A stretch of 64,000 nt of DNA from Tubulanus polymorphus. Its lineage: Eukaryota; Animalia; Nemertea. A model generated the notes under the pieces. That model was not told the origin of the DNA. It saw only the letters and a list, made by a program, of their open reading frames with translations, and searched no databases. The stretch spans positions 17,168,950 to 17,232,949 of the forward strand of contig NC_134029.1 of NCBI RefSeq assembly GCF_964204645.1, given 5' to 3'. Within the stretch, counting starts at the first letter, position 1. The number at the start of each line of letters is the position of its first letter. Shown here piece after piece: positions 22,043 to 32,856 of this stretch. A program made the translations under genes and the position numbers.

Positions 22043-22900
22043 CTATTTGAACTGATAATGGTTAACACAAATAATTTTTGAAATACAGTTGAAGAGACTT
22101 ACATTTGAGTCAACGTCTAACTTTTCACTACCAAACAATAGGAAGTTACATTTATGGTTAATTGTAAGATTATTAAAATATTCGAGTAAATTACAAGAAT
22201 CTAGGTATGTGTGAAGCTTATTTAACTCAGCCACATGGCTGGGTCTACGACAATTTACAAGGAAATGCTTGGTATCAAGCCTCTTTAGGCAAAAAGTGCA
22301 CAGAGGATCAACATCCCTAGAATTGTGTTAAAACAACTGATATTTTAAAAGAAAATCGACACTGAGGCGGTTAAGACAGATTTCGTCACGACGATCCAAG
22401 TCAGTTGTTAATACGGTACTAAAGGTAGGGGCACATGAGCGTATTTTTCGCCCGAACGCGGCGAATTTACAAATCGCCCGAATAATTCGCTCACGGCGAT
22501 GACGATTTCGTTGGCCGACTCGATCGCCCGGCGAATCACCCGTATCAAACATGTTTGATATTTTCGGCCGATTATTTACGCCGGTTATCGGATCGCCCGC
22601 AAATTCGCTCGTCTGCCCGCACTCGGCGAATTTCGCCGAGCGATCCATTTTTGTCAACCAATAGGATGCGTTTTGTTGATATCACGTGATTCGTTAACTC
22701 CCTCCCACTAAGTGCCAGTCGCTGACCGAATTTCGGTTTGATCGCTACGTGTGCGAAAAAATACGCTCGCGTGTCCCTACCTTAGGGATAGGACAGTGGT
22801 ACTTGGTAGTAAATGATTTAAATGGGATAGGGTAGGCAATTTGCTGGTGTTGGCGTCGAGGTTATTCCAATAACACATGAGATTAAAGAGGGCGAATATT
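22043..22900 (-). mobile_element. Degenerate non-LTR retrotransposon 3' fragment
   Basis: RRDEICLNRL...PLCTFC...HFLVNC Cys/His motif typical of LINE ORF2 C-termini; interrupted by a MITE. Confidence 0.5.
22423..22782. mobile_element. MITE with ~30-bp TIRs (possibly PIF/Harbinger type)
   Basis: aggtaggggcacatgagcgtatttttcgc ... gcgaaaaaatacgctcgcgtgtccctacct; TAA and TAG flanks. Confidence 0.65.
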
Positions 22901-23051
22901 AGTAATTGTATCTATGTTGTTCTAGATCAAAGGTCGAACGGTCGAGCTCATAAAAGATGAAAAATAAATTCTCGCACGCTCGAATTTATTTTTGTTTTTT
23001 ACTCTATCTCCCCTTCAACCTTTGATCTAGAACAACATATATACAATTACT
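22901..23051. repeat. Self-palindromic terminus of a fourth, truncated Polinton (P4)
   Basis: AGTAATTG...CAATTACT foldback sharing tcaaaggtcgaa.ggtcgagctc with the P2 and P3 termini. Confidence 0.8.
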
Positions 23052-23069
23052 CTAATAATTCCATATATT

Positions 23070-23545
23070 AAAAGTGTGAGTAAAGTGTTAGCATAATAAT
23101 CTAGATAAATAAGATCAAATATAGGTTTCGAATAATAAAAAATCGATTTCTAAACATAAAAAGTGTGAGTAAAGTGTGAGTAGAGTGCAAACATAAAAAC
23201 TGTGAGAAAAAGTAACGAGTAATTAACGAGTTGTCAGAATTAAAATCAATTTCAAACATAAAAAGTGTGAGAAAAGTGTGAGTAAAATAATTTAGATTTT
23301 TCAAACATAAAAGTGTGAGCAAAGTGTGAGTAAAATAATTTAGATATTTTAATATTTAAAGTGCGAGTAAAGTGTGAGTAAAATAATTTAGATTTTTTAA
23401 TATCTAAAGTGCGAGTAAAGTGTGAGTAAAATAATTTAGATTTTTTAATATTAAAAGTGTGAGTAAAGTGTGAGTAAAATAATTTAGATTTTTTAATATT
23501 AAAAGTGTGAGTAAAGTGTGAGTAAATTAATTTAGATTTTAAGAT
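23070..23545. repeat. Subterminal tandem repeats (~48 bp; aaagtgtgagt doublet)
   Basis: A near-identical doublet follows the P3 terminus at about 51730 and 51832. Confidence 0.85.
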
Positions 23546-24781
23546 ATAAATAATCTAGAAAATTCATTTTAATAAAAGTTTTGTTATAAAAATGAAGACG
23601 GAAGAAGAAGAACACAAATTTAAAATCGAAATCAATGAAGCCAATAAATTATTTTCACAGTTAAATATTAAAAATTATATCACAGCAACAAATTAGTGTA
23701 CGCAAGACAATATAAAATTGATAATATTACTGTAATTAATCAAATAATATCAAATGAAACATATTTAATTACTAAACTAGTAGATACTTTTGATAATGGT
23801 GCTAAAAATCCTAAAATATTTAATACAGTTTTGAATTATAAAGGTTATTTATCTTAATAAAATATTTCTCGATAAAAAAAATTTCCATCACGGTCGCGTT
23901 AAAAATGTATCAGACCGAAAAATGATTTCGATACGTAAAAATAGTCACCTCCGAAATATTTGCTCGATTTAAAATGATCCCGCTATGAAAAATAAATCAC
24001 TTTCAAAATATTCGTTAGAATATATTTCCGCTTAGAAAAATAAATCGCCTTCCTTTTCTATATTTTAAATATTTTCCGATGACTAATGTAGTCTTGCAGT
24101 GTAAAAAATGATTCGGGTTTTGCCACTATTGCGCGCGCTGTTGATTGGGCAGTGCCAGTGCTGCAGTACTGGTAGGCCTACTAAAACAGCCCTAAGAATA
24201 GTACGTTTCGCATTCTACGTATCGTACTACGCGGGGCTAATGCAATATCAAAACTCTACCGCACGACCCTCCTCATATACGAGTGAATCAAGGTGAATCA
24301 GGGCGAGAGCTTCGGTTTTGGATCCCAAAATGTCGCGAGGAGCCCCTGTGAACTTGAGTTAGGGATGGCGGTGCTGTCTTCGGCAACGTCATGTTAAATA
24401 GGGGCCCAATGTATCAAAATTTTGTACATTCAAAGGTTAGGCCTCTTGAGTTTGATTCCTCGTCAGATATCCATCGGCTTTCTAGAAATAGATATTTTAT
24501 GGTACGACCTAATTTAATAGGTACTAATATATTTTGAATGCGATTTTTTTCAGAGCGGAATCATTCATACTTTACATACAATTTTTGCGATGGAATTAGT
24601 CTTTTATGACGAAATCATTTTCACTTACGCATGTATTTTGATGGAAATTTACTTTTTCAAAGACGAAATTATTTTTGTCAAGGAATGTTTTATGGCCCTT
24701 ATCAGCCTATACTAACGCATACTTCTTGTTTCATAAGTTAACGCTCTTTTAATTTATTTCCTTCTTCGTGTAACATTTCAG

Positions 24782-25012
24782 TTAGAGAATGTAAGACGAC
24801 CATGTTGGGTACAGAATACAGAGGAACTTTGAGTCAATCGCTATCCGGTAAAACGTGTCAGAACTGGAATTCTCAATCACCTCACACACATTCCCACTAC
24901 GACTTCGAAAAGGGCATTTCGAATTATTGTAGGAATCCTGACGATGGACCAGAAGGACCCTGGTGTTATACCACTGATCCTGCGACACGCTGCGACGTAA
25001 AACTGTGTTCGG
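24782..25012 (+). CDS. Host exon encoding a kringle domain (phase 1-1)
   Basis: [24 protein letters not shown]; tttcAG acceptor and GTaaat donor; 231 nt. Confidence 0.9.
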
Positions 25013-25450
25013 GTAAATATAAGTATTCTATCTGCCAGAGGGGGGCCAGTTGATCAGAACATGCTTTACGTTAACCATCAAATAATAGCACGGTATCACA
25101 ATGCAGTTTTATATATCACTATGTCAATTATTCACTGGTTAACTTCAACCAAATTTTGAACAACGACACTGCATGACCTCTGTTTTGTTTTATTTTCATA
25201 CGCATTTTATTACGTACACAGTTAATTATTTATAAAACATGACAACACTGTTCAACCAACGACTACACACAAAACCAGTTGAGCCTGCTACTTTGTGTTA
25301 TTATTCACTTTGTACATATTGCTGGTGACAAATAAACTACTATACTTTATACTACATGTACGTATAGCTACACCTACGCATTAGGTTACAATCAACATTT
25401 CATCAGTTCCACGCGATAAGTGATTCGTATGATCATGGACGTATAATCTA

Positions 25451-25605
25451 CGAGTCGAATTCAACGTCTGTCTGTAGATATCGACTTGCCTTGAGAGTCG
25501 AATTTAACTTTTTCCAGGTATTGACCTGCCCTGAGCTGAGAGTCGAATTCATTCTTCTGCAGTTATCGACCTGCCCTGAGAGTAGAATTTTTATCTTCTG
25601 CAGTT
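25451..25605. repeat. Degenerate ~42-bp tandem repeat, about 4 copies
   Basis: Recurring gagtcgaatt...tatcgacctgccct. Confidence 0.65.
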
Positions 25606-26109
25606 ACTCGGTTATACCGACTCGAATCTGTCCATAGACAACATCTCAGCATTCAAATCAAAATTAAAATCTTATCGGTTTCACTCGTACAGTTCACTCG
25701 TAATTTCCAGCCGTCGTAATAATTTCTAGGGAGCGCCTTTGAACTATTGGGGTGATATATAAGGTGTTCAAATAACGGGAAAGGAAGCCGGAGTTCAAGG
25801 CAAGGCAAGGCGGTTAGCAGGCAACCTACGGGAATGCAAGTACGTCACACAAAATACAATGAATAGAAGATATGTCACAGGCTATGATGCCGGGCTGTGT
25901 AAAAGTATACGTCTCGAGGAAGATAAAGCAGTATAAAAAGGGTGGGTTTCAGTACAGTAGGTTGGTGGAGCTAGAGATAAGAGGCTGTGGGCTATGAAAT
26001 GAATTATTGAAGGAAGATTGGATGAAGGCTATATCGGAAATAAATAATGGGACGATAGAATAAACGATTGTAGTCATTGTCCCTTAAATAGAAGTCGGAA
26101 TAACACAGA

Positions 26110-26293
26110 TTCGTTCGTTCGTTCGTTCGTTCGTTCGTTCGTTCGTTCGTTCGTTCGTTCGTTCGTTCGTTCGTTCGTTCGTTCGTTCGTTCGTTCGTTC
26201 GTTCGTTCGTTCGTTCGTTCGTTCGTTCGTTCGTTCGTTCGTTCGTTCGTTCGTTCGTTCGTTCGTTCGTTCGTTCGTTCGTTCGTTCGTTCG
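26110..26293. repeat. (TTCG)n microsatellite
   Basis: About 46 perfect units. Confidence 0.99.
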
Positions 26294-26569
26294 CGACCCA
26301 GTGTGCAGATGATGTCATTATTAGCCAATCAGAAATCTTGTTTTCTTTTAGCCCGGGTGTTCCCATTTCTAGTTCTTCCGTGAAATTTGCCTCAGCGATT
26401 ATTACAACGAGCAATCCGATTGGTGCCGCAAGTTTTACGTGCGGCAAAGCTGCACCCGGTCTAGTGTGGCGGGCAATGCCGTGATCGAATATATCATATT
26501 TCATAATTATCAGAGAAGACCATTCATAAACCACATACAACAAATAGAAATAGGCAACTACAAACTTAG

Positions 26570-28130
26570 GTAAAACAAATTTACATTGCCTTATAGAAAA
26601 AAATGCTTCCCATCCAAAAGAAGAGTGTTCGAATAATCATCAACTCTATTTACACTGCACACAAAAATCCACTCTTTAAAAAATCTTGAAATCCCCAAAA
26701 TTAATGATGTTCTCATCCTTAAAACTGCACTTGTTATACAAAACACCATCGTATCGTCACCCCATTACTTTTATTACTTCACCGCGGAATATGTGTCTCG
26801 TTTATTTAGTCAACTGCTGGTAACCCGCCCTGAATCAAGTCCCATACAAGTCTTTATCAAGTATCTATCGAGTGTTTATCGAGATTCTATCGAATGTCTA
26901 CTCTCCCAAGACTGCGGGTCCCTTTTATAAAAAGATCGGCATTTCGTAGAATGCCGACTCTCCCACTCTTGGCAAGGAGCAGCAATCTAACTGTCATGAC
27001 TGTTTTGGTCATGTAGAATCTAGCCTTAATGATTCTCTAATTATTTGGGAAACTGATTTGCCAAACTAACTTTTCTTTTGCCAACCCTCCTGTCGACGCG
27101 GAATGATTTACTTACTCCTTGCCTTTCATTGTTGAGAGAACAGCCATTTTCTGCGAGTTACCAACAGACATATACAACAACAGAAACTTTAAAGAGCTTA
27201 TAGTATTAAAATTTAACACAAATTGATTTTCATAAAACTTTAGCGATTATAGAGACTTTGTGCTTTATCCAAGATACTCAAATTAAATATATTTTCAAAA
27301 CTTTAGTGTTCGTCTCAAATTACGGTAATGCTCATTGTTTCTTTTTTGAATTATTAAAAATACTTATGCTTCGGAACTTTATTATGATCAATTATCATTC
27401 TTAAAATCAATCTATAACTGCTATACTAATTTCATTACAATACGGGATCAAGCTAAACAACAATGTCTCCCCATACCTCCGTTTTTCTTTTTATAGAAAG
27501 TACTCGGGAGTATCATGAAGTAAACAGCGTGATCCTTTCACCAGCCACATTATTAATGCACCCCATTGTTCCGACCCAACCAAACACGGTTTACGTCAAT
27601 TCTTAAGTTTTATAAAAAGATTCTGAATGTTTGCCAGATATCGCAGCAGAAGAACCGAGAAAGAATTATTTTTACACCAGGCTGATTTATGGTCAGCGCT
27701 GATAGATTAAAACCTGCTTACTTCATCGTTTGTTGTCTGACACCCATTTATAACCACCAACGCATACAGGAAATCAACATTACAAACATTTTCTAGCTAC
27801 TACGAAATCTTGCTGCGGATCAATATCCATCAATGTAATAATCCTAATTGTCATAATTGCTCATTCTCCTGAACTTTTTTAGCTTACTCATATAAACTCT
27901 CCTGAAATTTACGAAATTTATCAACCTTCATTTCCTTTCCCTTTCGTTTTTTTTCTGGGTGCTTGCAACAGCGGCCTAAAGGTTTTGCTTGGCTCACACT
28001 GTTAGTTACTGTTAGAAAGCTACTGTTCTCTCTCTCTTTTTATAATTGTGCTTTTTTAAAAATTGTCAATCTAATGTAAATAGCCTGTCATGCTTTCCGT
28101 TAAATAAATTTTAACTTGAACTTGAACTTG
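26570..28130 (+). mobile_element. Decayed LINE-like 3' fragments
   Basis: Ends in AATAAA followed by an (aacttg)3 tail; no intact ORF; boundaries approximate. Confidence 0.35.
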
Positions 28131-28235
28131 GCTGAGAATAGCCGATGCCATCAGGTTCAAATCCCTGCCGAGGGAGGATGTTCGCCGCCGGCGAATCGAC
28201 CAAATACGTATTCACGACGAGAAAGGAGCGCTTCT

Positions 28236-28465
28236 CTACAGGTGACATACGAGATTTTCGAATCTCGACTTATTATCTAGAAATTCGACATGAACAGAAA
28301 ACTCGAAATGTGACATGATATGTCGAATTTCGAGTTTTCTTTTCATGTCGGATTTCGAGTTAATTATGTCAAATTTCGTGTTATTCTCATGTCGACTTAT
28401 TATCCCGAAATTCGACTTAAACGACTCCAATTTCCACAAATGAGTCTAATGTCGACATGATTAAT
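28236..28465. repeat. Host repeat with 20-bp tcgacttattatgtcgaaat-type units
   Basis: Same unit and same terminal sequence (inverted) as 63271-63541. Confidence 0.7.
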
Positions 28466-28632
28466 TCGTACATTTTACATGCATGTTTAAAACGTTTGTT
28501 GAAATCTATGTATATAAAGTTAAATTTGTGCTTCCTTTACCGGTATTGTTGAAATTGTGTACCAGTACTGTTGGATATTTGTATACAGTATTATCGTATT
28601 ATCCTTAAATCCTTCGCGTTTCGCTTCACGTA

Positions 28633-28836
28633 AGTAATAGGGGTTTAGTTGTTTCATACCAAAGGTCGAAAGGCCGAGCTCGTAAAAATGAAAAATATGA
28701 AAATAATAACAATTTCTACTTGAATTAGTCGCGTACACTCCTAATTCAAGTAGAAATTATTATTATTTTAACATTTTTCATTTTTACGAGCTCGACCTCT
28801 CAACCTTTGATATGAAACAACTAAACCCCTATTACT
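28633..28836. repeat. P2 left TIR, itself an imperfect palindrome
   Basis: AGTAATAGGGG...CCCCTATTACT; about 3 mismatches to the reverse complement of 47360-47563. Confidence 0.95.
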
Positions 28837-29458
28837 TAGGAGGATGTGGGATAAGAAATTATGGATATACTCATGAAACTGTAGCAGTTTAGCCGTTTTG
28901 TATAGGCTTTCAATGCATTACGTTTACCGGAATTTCAATTGCGTCGTTCAGCTATTGTTAATGTCACACACAGTGACATGTTCTATTATACTTTATTGAT
29001 TCCTGCATTCAGCGGCTTGGGATGCGGAAATCGATACTGACTGTAGAATAAAAATATATGTGTGTTTATGGAACAATGATCCTAAAAATGAACAATACGT
29101 TGAGGAATTTATTATCGAGAATCCGAAATGACTTATCTGGACAGTTATAATTACTGCTCCTAATAGATAAACAATAGTAGTGAGATAATCTAAATCCTAA
29201 TTTCAATAAAAAGTATTTAAAAAACAATAACTTCAACTAGTAATACTTTCTTTTCAAAAAGAGAATACTTTATATTTTGAATAGATTCAAATAGAAAATC
29301 TTTAAATTCAAATAGCTAATGTCTATTTATTAATGGATGAGACCTGTTTTTCTGGGATATTTTGCTTACTTTTTGGCGTATATACCTCATTTATGTCTTA
29401 ACAGAATGCCAAAAATCGCGGACAACAACTGAATATCCGATATATTTCCAGTTCTGTA

Positions 29459-29720
29459 CCAATTAGATGGATTGGCAAAAAGACTCCTTAAGTCCAGTTG
29501 AATGAGAGAGAAAATCCTCCATTTTGTCAAATTTCTTGAATTTTTACATTGTCACCATGCCTACGAAATGAAGTTATTTTTCTTGTGGGGTCTCAACAAC
29601 TAAATCAGGGTGGCGTAGGCATGGTAACAATGTTCAAATCCAAGAAATTTGACAAAATGGAGGATTTTCTCTCTCATTCAACTGGACTTAAGGAGTCTTT
29701 TTGCCAATCCATCTAATTGG
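29459..29720. mobile_element. Foldback MITE (~107-bp TIRs, TA duplication) inside P2
   Basis: ta|ccaattagatgg...ccatctaattgg|ta. Confidence 0.85.
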
Positions 29721-30253
29721 TAACAGTTGTTTCTAATTCTATTCAAGTTAATAACAATATAGATTATGAATACTATTTATATTGTAAGCATCATCTAGAA
29801 CTATTGATCGCCGGTGGAAAAACTAATGAGTTTTTAAATAGAATCATTACTTTTCAAGAACTAGACTCTATGAAACCAGATAAAGTAATAAAATATTTTA
29901 AAATTTATGAAGAGTCAAGATTAGCTAGAATAAACGACTCTATAAGTGATGGTATTGTCAAATGTTATTCAAAATTATGTAACCAGTTAATACCAATTGA
30001 TGATGAAAATAAATTATATAGTGATTTGAAAAATGACTACTTAGTTATGACTGAATTACAAAAATGGGTTGGTTATGCTTCATTTCAATTAGGATCGGTT
30101 ATGACATTAATTTCTACTGGCGTCATAACATTTTCGAACATCAAGCCTATGGAATATAAATCAGGTAAGAACGAAACAGATGACGCTGTACTACAACCAA
30201 ACGTCGAAACAGAAAATGAATCAGAACAAAAATTAACTAAAATAAATGAGTGA
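29717..30253 (+). pseudogene. Homolog of P1 2219-2824, 5' end disrupted by the MITE
   Basis: YEYYLYCKH motif; the called start lies in the MITE end. Confidence 0.75.
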
Positions 30254-30728
30254 TAGCGTTAAGAAAAAGGCTAGATCCGAGAAACAAATTAAATGGGCAA
30301 GAGAATTAGGTAAAAGATCTTCAGAATTAAAAAAAGCTAGGAAAAAGAAATTAACTGATATAGAGAAACAAATTAAATGGGCAAGAGAATTAGGTAAAAG
30401 ATCTTCAGAATTAAAAAAAGCTAAGAAAAAGAAATTAACTGATATAAATGAATCACAGACTTTATCTGATATTGATTCAAATAATAATCCATCTGATTCT
30501 TCTAATGCTGGAAGTAATTATAAATTATATATTACAATTGGATTAGTAACAGTTATTATATTATCTGGTGTAATATATAAATCAAAATTCAAATCTGATG
30601 ATAAAGATGATTCCAATGACAATCGGAAACTTAGTTATCCGTGTACAGACAGTAAACCTATCATACCAGAAAATAAGTCAAATCATAAAACCATTGAAAC
30701 TAAATCTAAATTATTATTAATGGATTAA
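30246..30728 (+). CDS. Basic TM protein with an internal 26-aa duplication
   Basis: EKQIKWARELGKRSSELKKA occurs twice; homolog of 1909-2286. Confidence 0.75.
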   Translation: MSDSVKKKARSEKQIKWARELGKRSSELKKARKKKLTDIEKQIKWARELGKRSSELKKAKKKKLTDINESQTLSDIDSNNNPSDSSNAGSNYKLYITIGLVTVIILSGVIYKSKFKSDDKDDSNDNRKLSYPCTDSKPIIPENKSNHKTIETKSKLLLMD

Positions 30729-30734
30729 AATGAT

Positions 30735-31853
30735 ATGAAAAAAGAAAAATATTTAAGAGAGTTATATTATAACCCAGAAAGTGAAGTATCATATTCTAGC
30801 GTTTCAGAATTATGGAATAAAATTAAATCTGATAAAGAAAATGGTAATGGTGCCGTATGGCACCCACATGGTGGTATAAAATATAGTGAATTAAAATCAT
30901 GGTTACAAAACCAACCCACATATCAAATACATAAGAAAATGGATAAAAATTATTTAACAAGAAAAGTTATGGTTTCATATATCGATCAACAATGGCAAGC
31001 AGATTTAATTGACATGAAGAACTTAGAGGAACACAACAAAGGATATTTCTGGATATTAAATGTTATAGACATATTCAGTAGATACGCATGGTCAATTCCA
31101 ATCAAAAATAAAACTGGAATAGAAGTGACAAATGCTTTTAAATCTATATTTAAAGAAGCTATTCCAGATAAGATACAATTTGATGAAGGTAAGGAATTTT
31201 ATAATAAACATTTTAAAAAACTATTATCTGATAACGATGTAGATTATTTTTCAACACACTCAGATAAAAAAGCATCTATTATAGAAAGATTTAATAAAAC
31301 ATTGAAAACTAGAATGTGGAAATATTTTACTGCTAATGAAACATATAAATATATCGATGTGTTAGATGATTTAGTGAAAGGTTATAATAATTCTAAACAT
31401 AGTTCTATAAATATGAAACCTATACAAGCTAGAAAAGAAGATAATTCGGAAATAGTTTGGAATAATTTATATGGAGCGTTTGTAACACATGATTTCGGTG
31501 AACCAAGATTCAAAATAGGACAACACGTAAGAATATCTAAATATAGAAAAACCTTTTATAAAGGTTATACCCCTAATTTTACAGAAGAAATATTCAAGAT
31601 TAAAAAGATAATATTAACTAAACCATTTGTTTATAAACTAGAAGATTTAAAAGATGAAGAAATATTAGGTTATTTCTATGAACAAGAATTATCACTTGTA
31701 CCAAATCCAGATGAAATAGAATACAACATAGAAAAAGTATTGAAATCAAAAACTCTTAAAGGAAAAAAGTATTCTTTGGTGAAATATAAAGGATACGATG
31801 ATAAATTTAATGAATGGATTTTATCTAGTAAAATTAAAAGAATAAATGAATAA
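30735..31853 (+). CDS. rve integrase with chromodomain (P2)
   Basis: WQADL, QFDEGKEF, IIERFN; chromodomain-like C-terminus. Confidence 0.95.
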   Translation: MKKEKYLRELYYNPESEVSYSSVSELWNKIKSDKENGNGAVWHPHGGIKYSELKSWLQNQPTYQIHKKMDKNYLTRKVMVSYIDQQWQADLIDMKNLEEHNKGYFWILNVIDIFSRYAWSIPIKNKTGIEVTNAFKSIFKEAIPDKIQFDEGKEFYNKHFKKLLSDNDVDYFSTHSDKKASIIERFNKTLKTRMWKYFTANETYKYIDVLDDLVKGYNNSKHSSINMKPIQARKEDNSEIVWNNLYGAFVTHDFGEPRFKIGQHVRISKYRKTFYKGYTPNFTEEIFKIKKIILTKPFVYKLEDLKDEEILGYFYEQELSLVPNPDEIEYNIEKVLKSKTLKGKKYSLVKYKGYDDKFNEWILSSKIKRINE

Positions 31854-32456
31854 AGATTTATTTATATTCGAACCGCATAATATGTTAGTTACTGGTGTAA
31901 CCAATTGTGGTAAAACACATTTCATATTAGACTTGTTAGAAACTATTTATAAGAATCATTTTGATAATATAATATTATTCTGTCCTACTTATGAAATGAA
32001 TAAAACATATAATAGAGATATAGTTAAGATAAAAAAGTTTATTATATTAGATCCTAAAACAGTAAAAGAAAATTTAGTTAATTGTATAAAAATAGCAATT
32101 GATACTTATAAAGGATCAAATACATTATTCATTGTAGATGATTGCGCAAATTTACATGATTCAAAAGTTAGAGAAAGTGAGTTATGTTATTTAGCTTTCT
32201 CTGGAAGACATTTTGGGATAACAACATGGGTTTTAAATCAAAAATATAATTCAATTGTTAAAGACTTTAGGGAGAATATAAGATTTCTAGTTTTATTCTA
32301 CAATAAAGATAGAAAATCTATGCAACAATCATTGGAAGAAAATTAAATTATACCTACTGAATTATATGATGAATATATGAATAAATTAAAGAATAATAAA
32401 GGTTCAAAATTATTACTGAGACTACAATTTCCATATGAATATAAATTTATAAAATA
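31846..32456 (+). pseudogene. Packaging ATPase (P2), frameshifted near the C-terminus
   Basis: GVTNCGKT, FIVDD, SGRH; homology to P1 continues past the stop at 32346. Confidence 0.9.
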
Positions 32457-32464
32457 ACTATTTA

Positions 32465-32790
32465 TATACCTATGTATTAGATACCCTATTAGATACCCCA
32501 ATACCTGATACCCTAATACCTGATACCCTAATACCTGATACCCTATTAGATACCTTAAATACTTAAAACCCCCTATTTTAAAATAAATATTATTTATACA
32601 ATTTTCAACCAATTTATTTTTATTATTTCAACTAATATATGAATAAGTTTGAAAATAATAAAGGTTATTTATTATTACTGAGGTTTCAACATAAATTTGA
32701 AAAAGAAATATAATTTAAGGTATTTTCAAATAATATGTATTAGATATGTATTAGATATGTATTAGATACCTTAAATACCTTAAATACTTA
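32465..32790. repeat. P2 internal short tandem repeats (gatacc/taatacct units)
   Basis: Visible 12-18 bp periodicity. Confidence 0.75.
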
Positions 32791-32856
32791 AAACCCCCTT
32801 TTTATTTTCTATTATTTTATACAATTTTCAACTAATATTATTATTTGAATTAAATA

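Noticed and set aside
23070-23545. CRISPR-like appearance of this array and those at 47050-47260 and 63271-63500
   Set aside because: Head-to-tail repeats without unique spacers, no cas genes, eukaryotic context
26004-26543. ORFs with NERT repeats
   Set aside because: Translation of the (TTCG)n microsatellite
28130-28175. tRNA gene suggested by a B-box-like GGTTCAAATCCC (also at about 34583-34597, minus strand)
   Set aside because: No cloverleaf could be built; at most SINE remnants
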